A stretch of DNA of 46,843 nt, from assembly GCA_028275325.1 (NCBI GenBank), contig JAPWUW010000001.1, positions 1 to 46,843 on the forward strand, written 5' to 3'. Of the stretch, positions 1 through 7,141 are shown piece by piece (position 1 is the stretch's first letter; every line of letters starts with the position of its first letter). Made by a program: the position numbers and the translations under genes. The stretch is from Anaerolineae bacterium (lineage in GTDB: Bacteria; Chloroflexota; Anaerolineae; DRVO01). The notes under the pieces were generated by a model. The model made no database searches and was not told the DNA's origin. It saw only the letters and a list, made by a program, of their open reading frames with translations.

Positions 1-297
1 GGAGAGGAAATCCAGGAAATCCATCTCTTCCGGAGCGCGCACGAATATGCCCCGCCCATGGCGTATATCGACCATTCCCAGAGCCCTGGCTGCCTGAAAA
101 GCCTCTCGTACCACTACAGGGCTCACCCCAAGCATCTGCGCCCACTCCTGGTGCGATGGCAGCTTATCCCCAGGCTGGAGGTTTCTCTCGGCGATGTACT
201 GTTGAATCGCCCGCAAGCACTCGCGGGAAAGGTTCACGCGCTTGAGCTGATTCACTCGGAAAGACTCTTGGCCCTTGGCCGGAAGAGATATGATCAT
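1..297 (-). CDS. GntR-family transcriptional regulator, N-terminal winged-HTH part (CDS runs off the left edge of the window)
   Basis: Manual minus-strand translation from ATG at 297: MIISLPAKGQESFRVNQLKRVNLSRECLRAIQQYIAERNLQPGDKLPSHQEWAQMLGVSPVVVREAFQAARALGMVDIRHGRGIFVRAPEE... This matches the classic GntR wHTH pattern (LPS..E.A..LGVS...VREA...L...G.V....G.G.FV). It is absent from the ORF track because no stop codon lies inside the window. Confidence 0.75.
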   Translation of the reverse strand, partial: MIISLPAKGQESFRVNQLKRVNLSRECLRAIQQYIAERNLQPGDKLPSHQEWAQMLGVSPVVVREAFQAARALGMVDIRHGRGIFVRAPEEMDFLDFLS

Positions 298-316
298 GTG
301 ATCATCATACAACAAC

Positions 317-345
317 ATTATACGCAGAAGACCCTGCCGCGGCAA
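317..345 (-). promoter_or_regulatory. Candidate sigma70-type promoter for the GntR gene (-35 TTGCCG, 17-nt spacer, -10 TATAAT on the minus strand)
   Basis: The reverse complement of 317-322 is TATAAT and of 340-345 is TTGCCG, with a 17-nt spacer. It lies about 20 nt upstream of the ATG at 297, which implies a very short leader. The start codon is embedded in TGATCAtgTGATCA (291-304), a possible operator. Confidence 0.3.
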
Positions 346-510
346 ATGCGGCTCTCCAAAGGGCGTGCCTCGCTGTGGGCGGTGTACTAGGGCCCCTTTG
401 TGCCCCAGCAAGGCAACAGGGAAGTGGCCACTGCAGGTGAGCTGATTCGCAGGGGTCGCTGCCGCCCAGCAGCAACGCAGGGCCGACAGCAATGGGCCCT
501 GGTCAAAGCA

Positions 511-577
511 AGGGCAGGCAGGTGGGAATGGCTCCTGAGCTGCTACGAGAACGGCCAAGGCACGTTGGTGGCGGCAC
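511..577 (+). repeat. Isolated copy of the ~69-bp GC-rich repeat family whose main cluster lies at 46062-46531
   Basis: AGGGCAGGCAGGTGGGAATGGCTCCTGAGCTGCTACGAGAACGGCCAAGGCACGTTGGTGGCGGCAC aligns along its full length with the units at 46394 and 46463. The GGGAATG.CTCCTGAGCTGC block is nearly identical. More degenerate remnants flank it at about 419-489, and in reverse orientation at about 678-760. Confidence 0.6.
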
Positions 578-842
578 TCGCCACAAGACAAGATAGGGGC
601 AACGGGCGTGGCGAAAGCACGGTCGGGGCTGAGGTTTGGGCTTGGGCCACTGGCTCTTGCCTGCCGGCGCATTGCTCTATGGCCATTCGCAGTGCTGCCA
701 GCGCACCCTCGCTTCAGGTGCAGCTCGTGAAGGGCATCTTGCCCAGCCACCTGCCACTCTCTGTCCCAGCGCGCCTTGGCTGCAGGCGTGGCGCTCAGGG
801 CTCGAGGAACCTTGACTTACAGCCCAGCAGACACGCCAAACC

Positions 843-2282
843 CTAATGCCTCCCCCTTCGGGCCAGAAGCCAACGAGCACTGCCGCGCGCGACGGCAAGG
901 GGCAGCCCAAAGATGACGGGAACCGTGATCAGGTGGATGGCACCGTAGCTCAGGCCCGACAGCGGCCACACATAGGCGTACAAAGCAACGCCGAAAAGGC
1001 TCGCGGCCGAAAGGGCAAGCGTGCGCTCTTGCCAGCCGGGAGCGCCCTCAAGAGGAGCGAGGGCAAGAGGCCAGAGCAAGTACCAGGAGTTGAAGAACGG
1101 GGCAAGGTACGCAGCCCAAAAAAGCAGGCGGTGCGCAAGGCAGGCCTCCACACGGCCCACGGCGTGCGGCCGGTTGCCGCGCGCAAGCTGCCACACCTGG
1201 CGCAACGAGAGCAGGAGCAAAAGCAGCCGTAGGAAAAGCAGCGTCGCCGCGCGGGCGCCCTCGCTGTCGAAGAATCTCCAGCCGTAATAGAGCAACACAC
1301 CCGGCGAGTACCCGATTAGCCGGGAGCGCCGAGAAAGGCACGCGAGCGTCTGCGGGCCCTGCCAAAATGGCGCCAAGATGGCCAGGGCAAGCAAGCCGCT
1401 CAGGGCAAACGAGCGCAGGATCTGCAGGCGCTCCTTGCCGCTGTGGGCCTGCCGCAGCCACAGGAAGCCCAGAGCTGGAAGGAGCAGGAGCGGCACGTAC
1501 TTCACAAGCCCCGCCAGGACAACTGCCCCACTGGCCAGGCCACGTCGCCCCCTGGCCACGAACCAGAAGCACAGCGAGAGGAAGAACGCCACCAGCATGT
1601 CGTTGTGCGCGTTGGCAAGCCCATCCAGGAGGACAAGCGGGTTCCAGGCAAATAGCAGCGCGCCCCACGCCTCCCTGCCCGGCCGCAGCCGCCGCAATGT
1701 GCCCCAGATCAGCGCCGCGCTGCCCAGGTAGGCAAGCAAGTTCAGGCCCTTGAACGCCAGGATGGCCGGCAGCAGCCCCCAGTCGCTTGCCAGCCCCGCC
1801 GGCGCGCTGAGGATGGTCCAAAAGGGGCCGTAGGGGCTGGGCTCTTTCGCCCAGTTGTGCACATACCTGGCAAAGGGGTCCTGCGGGAAGCTCGCTGGCG
1901 CCTCAAGGAGCGGGTTCCTGTGGTGGTGAGTCCAGATCCGCGCCAGCATGATATAAGCATAGACGTCGGTTGCGCTGAAGGGGTACGTGAGGGCGCAGCC
2001 AATGGCGCTCGCGGCGGCTGGCAGGAAGACCGCAGCCCAACCAACCCGCGCTGCTCCACGCCACAGGAGCAGAAGGGCCCGCAGGTAAACAATCCAGAGC
2101 GCGCAGATGACAGCCAGGAAAAGGGCCGCCGCGGCGGGGCTGTAGCCTGTAAGCTTGGGCATATCAGCCACGGCCTCATAGAGCCGCAGGAGCGGGAAGC
2201 GCAGCGCGAAGCCAGCCCAGTGCAGGGCCACCGTCACGATGCCCAGACCCCAGAGCTCCCCGCTCCCGGCGAGGGTAAGCAT
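843..2282 (-). CDS. Polytopic GT-C-type membrane glycosyltransferase, MptB/DUF2029-like (polyprenyl-phosphate-sugar dependent)
   Basis: This is the C-terminal 479 codons of the 791-aa ORF 843..3218. The sequence is very hydrophobic with many predicted TM helices. It has the first-loop motif PFSATDVYAYIMLARIW, similar to the S.DVYSY motif of mycobacterial MptB-type mannosyltransferases. The upstream part of the ORF (2283-3218) is antisense to the deacetylase gene and is not coding. The start could instead be the ATG at 2333 (MSSALH...). Confidence 0.7.
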   Translation of the reverse strand: MLTLAGSGELWGLGIVTVALHWAGFALRFPLLRLYEAVADMPKLTGYSPAAAALFLAVICALWIVYLRALLLLWRGAARVGWAAVFLPAAASAIGCALTYPFSATDVYAYIMLARIWTHHHRNPLLEAPASFPQDPFARYVHNWAKEPSPYGPFWTILSAPAGLASDWGLLPAILAFKGLNLLAYLGSAALIWGTLRRLRPGREAWGALLFAWNPLVLLDGLANAHNDMLVAFFLSLCFWFVARGRRGLASGAVVLAGLVKYVPLLLLPALGFLWLRQAHSGKERLQILRSFALSGLLALAILAPFWQGPQTLACLSRRSRLIGYSPGVLLYYGWRFFDSEGARAATLLFLRLLLLLLSLRQVWQLARGNRPHAVGRVEACLAHRLLFWAAYLAPFFNSWYLLWPLALAPLEGAPGWQERTLALSAASLFGVALYAYVWPLSGLSYGAIHLITVPVIFGLPLAVARGSARWLLARRGRH

Positions 2283-2402
2283 GGGGCCGCGCGTTCCCGT
2301 TTCCGAACGGATAGAATGCAGCGCTGAGGACATGCCAAGGAACGGAGCCGTGCAGTACAATCTCGTGCGGCAAGCATAGCTCTCATCCGGGAGAATTGGC
2401 CA

Positions 2403-3176
2403 GTGACCGAGCAAAGTCCCGCAGCTTTGCCCCCGTGGCACCCTTGCCGGGGCGCGATATCTCTCACGTTCGATGATGGCCTTGAGACTCAGCTTTCTCA
2501 AGCTGTGCCCGTGCTTGAGGATCACGGGCTGAGGGGCACTTTCTACCTGGTGCCCAATGGCATCCGCTGGGAGCGCAACCTGCCCCGCTGGCAGGAGGTG
2601 GCCAAAAACGGCCACGAGATCGGCAACCACACCCTGAGCCATATCTGCTCGCTGGGTTTTCTCGATGCACCGGGTGGTGCGCCGGCGCTGGAAGGGCTCA
2701 CCCTGGAGGCCATTGAGCAGGATATCCTCGCCGCCGAAGCCCGGCTCCAAGAAGCCTTCCCAGCGCACGGTCCGCGCTCCTTCTGCTACCCCTGTTACCA
2801 GGATTTCGTCGGCCGCGGAGCCACACGCCAGAGTTACGTGCCCATCGTGGCGCGGCACTTCGTTGCCGCAAGAGGCCTGGGAGAGGTGCCCAACCACCCC
2901 GCAACCTGCGACCTTCACTACCTCTGGTCCTGGCCGGCCGAGCGCATGGATCACCACAAGCTTATTGGCCTGGCGGAAGCGTGCGCGGCCCAGGGGCGGT
3001 GGGGGATTTTCACCTTCCACGGTGTGGGCGAGGGGCACTTGCCCATCGCCAGGCACGACCTTGAACTTTTCTGCGCCCATCTTGCCCGCAACGCCGATCG
3101 GCTCTGGGTGGCGCCGGTCGCGACAGTGGCCGTGCGGATCGCTGAATGGCGCAAGGGCCTGCCCCTGCACCCCTAG
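2403..3176 (+). CDS. Polysaccharide deacetylase (NodB homology domain, CE4 family)
   Basis: NodB motifs are present: SLTFDDG (motif 1) and GHEIGNHTLSH (motif 2). GTG start. Divergently arranged with the GT-C gene. Confidence 0.85.
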   Translation: MTEQSPAALPPWHPCRGAISLTFDDGLETQLSQAVPVLEDHGLRGTFYLVPNGIRWERNLPRWQEVAKNGHEIGNHTLSHICSLGFLDAPGGAPALEGLTLEAIEQDILAAEARLQEAFPAHGPRSFCYPCYQDFVGRGATRQSYVPIVARHFVAARGLGEVPNHPATCDLHYLWSWPAERMDHHKLIGLAEACAAQGRWGIFTFHGVGEGHLPIARHDLELFCAHLARNADRLWVAPVATVAVRIAEWRKGLPLHP

Positions 3177-3268
3177 GCAGAAGATCTCCACGTTTGACAA
3201 AGGCCCCATCCCGCTCACAGAATCGGCTCACAGAACGCGGCTTGGGGTTTTCAGCTCCGGAGGCATTG

Positions 3269-4024
3269 ATGAAGCTCAACACCGTCAAGCAGAAGCTCGC
3301 TCGTGGGGAGCCGGCAATTGGCACTTGGCTTTCCCTGTGCTCCCCGATCGCTGCCGAGTACATGGCGCACATGGGCTGGGATTGGCTCGTCGTCGATACG
3401 GAACACAGCCCTGTTGGCTTTGAGACAACGGTGCACTGCTTCCAGGCCATCTGTACCACGCCCACTATCCCCATGGCGCGCGTGGCCTGGAACGACCCAA
3501 TGCTCATGAAGAGGCTGCTCGATGCTGGGGCGCTCGGGCTGGTTGTGCCCATGGTGAACTCCCGGGAAGAAGCGCAACGGGCCGTTGCCGCCATGAAGTA
3601 CCCGCCGGCTGGCATCCGCTCTCTGGGCGGTGGCCGGTGCATGGTCTATGGCGACGACTACTTCTCCTGGGCCAATGACCAGATCGCCTGCATCGTCCAG
3701 ATCGAGCACATTGAGGCTGTCCGCCGTGCGGAGGAAATCCTCTCCGTCCCTGGCGTGGATGCCTGCTTCATTGGCCCAAACGACCTCGCCGGTTCCATGG
3801 GGCTCAAGCCCGATATGACCGTCTCAGATCCGCGGCACGAGGAGGCAGTGCAGGCGGTGCTGCGCGCGGCCAAAAAGGTCGGCAAGCCAGCGGGGATCCA
3901 TGTGCCCGACGTCCACCATCTCAACCGCCGGCTCGAACAGGGCTTTCGCTTCCTCGCCCTCGCTTCCGATGCCGCCTTCATGCGCCAGGCAGCGCGCGAA
4001 GCCCTGAGCCAGATCCGCCGCTAG
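3269..4024 (+). CDS. HpcH/HpaI-family class II aldolase (2-keto-3-deoxy-sugar-acid / 4-hydroxy-2-oxo-acid aldolase)
   Basis: MKLNTVKQKLARGEPAIGTWLSL...DWLVVDTEHSP...VPMVNSREEA...IVQIEHIEAV...GVDACFIGPNDL is the typical family pattern. GGAGG lies 5 nt upstream of the ATG at 3269. The longer ORF from 3146 has a non-protein-like N-terminus. Confidence 0.85.
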   Translation: MKLNTVKQKLARGEPAIGTWLSLCSPIAAEYMAHMGWDWLVVDTEHSPVGFETTVHCFQAICTTPTIPMARVAWNDPMLMKRLLDAGALGLVVPMVNSREEAQRAVAAMKYPPAGIRSLGGGRCMVYGDDYFSWANDQIACIVQIEHIEAVRRAEEILSVPGVDACFIGPNDLAGSMGLKPDMTVSDPRHEEAVQAVLRAAKKVGKPAGIHVPDVHHLNRRLEQGFRFLALASDAAFMRQAAREALSQIRR

Positions 4025-4049
4025 AGCCAGGCATCCCGGAGGTCCGCTG

Positions 4050-5174
4050 ATGGGGGAGTTGAGCAAGAAAGAGGCCATGGAGCGGCTCCTGCGCGGCGAC
4101 CCGGTGCGCGTCGGCCTGCGGGAGATCTCCATCTGGCCGGAAGCGCTGGAGAAGTGGGTGCAGCAAGGGTACCCGACGCAGGAAGTGCCGGCAGAGGACG
4201 GCAAGACCAAGCAGGAGCCCGTCGACCCCGTCGATCACTACGGTTACGACATGGTGAGCGTCGGGGGGTGGTTCGATGCCATGCCCTTGCGCGGCCACGA
4301 GGAAATCGTGGCGGAGACGGATGAGTGGGTCATCAAGCGCAACGGTGCCGGGGCCGCCCTCAAGTACTGGAAGCATAAGTACGGCACACCCGAGCACATC
4401 GACTTTCGCATGACCAGCCGCCAGATCTGGGAACGGGATTACCGCCCTCACCTCCTCGCGGTCGACCGGGAAAGGGTCGATATCGCCGGGGCACGGCAGA
4501 ACCTCGCCAAGCGCCGGGAGCAGGGCTTCTGGACGATGTACGGCCATCTCTTCATCTGGGAGAACATGCGCCGCAGCATGGGGGATGTCTGCCTCTACGA
4601 GAGCCTGCTCCTGGACCCGGCCTGGATCCACGACTACAACCGTGTCTACACGGATTTCTTCAAGGCCCACTTCAAATTGCTCTTCGAGGAAGCCGGGCTG
4701 CCCGATAGCGTCATCATCTGCGAGGACCTGGGCTACCGCAACGGGCTTTTCTGCTCCCCCAAGGTGCTCTCGGAGCTCATCTTCCCGTATTATGCCGAGC
4801 TCGTCGAGTTCTTCCACAGCTACGGCCTCATCGTGGAGCTGCATTCCTGCGGCAACATCACGCAGGCGCTACCTCTCATAGTGGATGCCGGCTTTGACAT
4901 GCTCAACCCCATGGAAGTCAAGGCCGGCTGCGACGTGCTGCGCTTTGCCGAGCAATATGGGGATCGGCTTGCCTTTGCGGGCGGGCTGGATGTGCGCGTG
5001 CTCGAATCCGGCGACCGCGAGCTCATCCGCAAGGAGGTGACAAGGCTCATCGAGGGCATGAAAGCCCGAGGGGCCCGTTACATCTTCGGCTCCGACCACT
5101 CGCTCACGCCGCTTATCGATTACAGTGCGTACCTTTACGCGCTCGACGTCTACCGGGAGCACATGCTGTACTGA
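4050..5174 (+). CDS. Uroporphyrinogen decarboxylase (URO-D) family protein, MtaA/CmuA-like
   Basis: The C-terminal half shows the URO-D TIM-barrel pattern ...SPKVLSELIFPYYAELVEFFHSYGLIVELHSCGNITQALPLIVDAGFDMLNPME...FAGGLDVRVL...IRKEVTRLIE...YIFGSDHSL. It contains the H-x-C (HSCG) element seen in zinc-dependent MT2-type methyltransferases. GGAGG RBS. Confidence 0.8.
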   Translation: MGELSKKEAMERLLRGDPVRVGLREISIWPEALEKWVQQGYPTQEVPAEDGKTKQEPVDPVDHYGYDMVSVGGWFDAMPLRGHEEIVAETDEWVIKRNGAGAALKYWKHKYGTPEHIDFRMTSRQIWERDYRPHLLAVDRERVDIAGARQNLAKRREQGFWTMYGHLFIWENMRRSMGDVCLYESLLLDPAWIHDYNRVYTDFFKAHFKLLFEEAGLPDSVIICEDLGYRNGLFCSPKVLSELIFPYYAELVEFFHSYGLIVELHSCGNITQALPLIVDAGFDMLNPMEVKAGCDVLRFAEQYGDRLAFAGGLDVRVLESGDRELIRKEVTRLIEGMKARGARYIFGSDHSLTPLIDYSAYLYALDVYREHMLY

Positions 5175-5192
5175 TGCGGGCTCGCCCTTCCT

Positions 5193-7028
5193 TCAGCGCA
5201 CGACCACCACAGCATGCCGGCACTGGCCGAGGTATCGGCCAGCCCACCACACGCGCAGCGGGATGACGTGCCGGGCGGGCTCGGCATCGGCCGGGAGGCA
5301 AAGCCAGATCCGCACTGCTCCCTCGGCGCGCGCGGGCACACTGGTGCGCGCCAGAGCGCGCTTCTGCCAGCGCCACCCTGCCGGCAAGACGGGCTCGGCT
5401 GCCGCCCTGGCCGCGCGGTCGCCGTGGTTGGTGAACTGCACATCGATGGCCAACTTGGAGCCGGGGCACGCCTCCTGCTCGAAAGGGAAGCTCCGGACCC
5501 ACCACTCGTCGGTGCCGAAATCCGGGTGCTGCCACGGCAGAAGCGCCGCCAGGAGCTTCTCCCTCTCGACAAGCAGAGAGTCCATGTGGTCCAGCTGCTC
5601 CTGCGTGAAGGAAAAGGCCCGATCCTGGTGCTGGTTGATGAGGAGATCCGGCCTGTGCCGGCGCAGGATTGCCAGGCAGCGCCGGAAGCCTCTTTCCGCT
5701 CCCAGGAAGTTGCGGTTGCCGCTGCAGTAATCGTCGATGCCCGCAGGGGAAAACGAATCCCCAACGAAAAAGAGCTTCAGCCCGTGCCCTTCCACCAGCA
5801 GGCCGCCGTGGTAAAGGCTCTGGCCCGGGAAGTGGAACGCGGTGAGGTTGAATTCCCGCCAGCTCCAGGACTCGCCATCCAGTGTGCCCCTGGTGACTGG
5901 TGCCGGGTTGGGAGAGATGCAGGGGAGGAAGAAGCGCAGCGGGCACCTGAGGATCGGGGCCACATGGCTATCGGCCAAGATGGGGCAGCCAAAGGCCTGT
6001 GCCAGCCGGTGCAGTGCGTCCACGTGGTCATCGTGGTAGTGGGTCACCCAGCACGCCTCCACCGACGTTATGGCGCCCTTCCGGATCCAGTGCTGCAGGG
6101 TCTCCACCACGGAATCGTGCCCGCAGTCCACAAGCAGGGCCGCGCCACTATCGGAGATCAGGGCAAAGCTCGTGAACGCGACGCGCCGCACAAAGCTTGG
6201 CAGCGTCTGCGTGCGCGCCGGCTTCATCCGCCAGGGGTCATCCTGCGTGTCCCGCAGGAGGGCAGGGAAGTAATAGTTGAGGCTGGAGATGGCGCTGTAG
6301 TTGCGCCAGAGCAAGCTCAGCCGCTCCAGCGCCAGCGCCACAGCTCGCTTGGGCTCCCGGATTATAGGGCCGTGAGAGGGCACGAGGAGCTCAGCCCCGC
6401 AACCAGCCAGCTTGCGCAGGCTCTGCTTTAGCCCTTGCAAGTTCCCCAGAAACCCGTGGTAATCCAGGATGCCGCCAAAGCCCTTCTGCAGGGAGTAAAG
6501 CTCCCACACCTGGCCATCCCCGAACAGCACGTCGCCGCAGAAACACACCTTGCGCCCGCCTGCCTCCATGAGGTACGAGGTGCTGCCATCGGTGGGGCCG
6601 GGAGTCTCCAGCACCCGGATGATGGCTCCATGCCACTCGATGGCATCGCCCTCGCGCACCGAGCGCGCCACCGGCAGCGGCTGCGCCAGCACCTGAGGGC
6701 CCGGCCGATGGTGATAAATGTGCCAGCGGTTGCGCCAGTCCTCCCAGTACGAGCTCACATCCTCGAAAAGAGGCCTTTCCGCCTCCGGCACCACGATCGC
6801 CGCCCCAGCTTCGGCAAACGTGCGGGCCCCTGCCACGTTTGGGCGACGGTGCTGGGTGCAAAGGATCATGTCCACCCGGCGCACACCAAGGCTCGCCAGG
6901 TGCTGCGGCAAAAGGCTGTCGCAGCAATCGAAGAGCAGCGCCTGCTCGCCCGCCCGCAGCAGGCCCACGTTCACCGCTCCAGGGAGCACGTACAACCCCG
7001 GTGCAACCTCGACTGCAGCCTTAGGCAT
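5193..7028 (-). CDS. Tandem (double) metallo-beta-lactamase-fold protein; N-terminal domain degenerate, C-terminal domain with intact HxHxDH
   Basis: The second domain carries VTHYHDDH, FVGDSF and NQHQD. The first domain has CTQHRRPN in place of HxHxDH and TPGPTDGS in place of PGHT.G. The track ORF starts at GTG 7034. The ATG at 7028 sits a few nt downstream of a GAGGTG SD-like motif (spacing is tight). Confidence 0.8.
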   Translation of the reverse strand: MPKAAVEVAPGLYVLPGAVNVGLLRAGEQALLFDCCDSLLPQHLASLGVRRVDMILCTQHRRPNVAGARTFAEAGAAIVVPEAERPLFEDVSSYWEDWRNRWHIYHHRPGPQVLAQPLPVARSVREGDAIEWHGAIIRVLETPGPTDGSTSYLMEAGGRKVCFCGDVLFGDGQVWELYSLQKGFGGILDYHGFLGNLQGLKQSLRKLAGCGAELLVPSHGPIIREPKRAVALALERLSLLWRNYSAISSLNYYFPALLRDTQDDPWRMKPARTQTLPSFVRRVAFTSFALISDSGAALLVDCGHDSVVETLQHWIRKGAITSVEACWVTHYHDDHVDALHRLAQAFGCPILADSHVAPILRCPLRFFLPCISPNPAPVTRGTLDGESWSWREFNLTAFHFPGQSLYHGGLLVEGHGLKLFFVGDSFSPAGIDDYCSGNRNFLGAERGFRRCLAILRRHRPDLLINQHQDRAFSFTQEQLDHMDSLLVEREKLLAALLPWQHPDFGTDEWWVRSFPFEQEACPGSKLAIDVQFTNHGDRAARAAAEPVLPAGWRWQKRALARTSVPARAEGAVRIWLCLPADAEPARHVIPLRVWWAGRYLGQCRHAVVVVR

Positions 7029-7141
7029 TACCACCTCAAACCCGTAACTGCGTCCATGCCAGTCAGTCTCCTCCCTCTCTTGGCCATTGCGATGGATGGC
7101 AGCCAGAGTGCCACCGGGTGGTCAGAACCGACGAACTGCTT

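Noticed and set aside
620-660. tmRNA-like 5' end (GGGGCTGAGG...) and other structured-RNA genes in the large spacers
   Set aside because: There is no tRNA-like 3' domain (no T-arm GGTTCGA/CCA-type end) and no tag reading frame. I also found no RNase P, SRP or tRNA signatures in any intergenic region.
400-846. 148-aa plus-strand ORF in the first intergenic spacer
   Set aside because: There is no RBS, the composition is Arg/Ala/Gly-rich and non-protein-like, and it spans the GC-rich repeat copy. It is more likely non-coding.
2283-3218. Upstream 312 codons of the 791-aa minus-strand ORF 843..3218
   Set aside because: This part is exactly antisense to the well-supported NodB deacetylase gene (2403..3176). 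Its translation is Arg/Gly/Pro-rich with no family resemblance. The membrane protein starts at an internal ATG (2282 or 2333).
3146-3268. N-terminal extension of the HpcH aldolase ORF (and similar extensions at 14143, 15929, 16957, 17523, 21115, 31382, 45831-45890)
   Set aside because: The extensions translate to Arg/Pro/Ala-rich non-homologous sequence and overlap upstream genes. Internal starts have good SD motifs and give family-typical N-termini.
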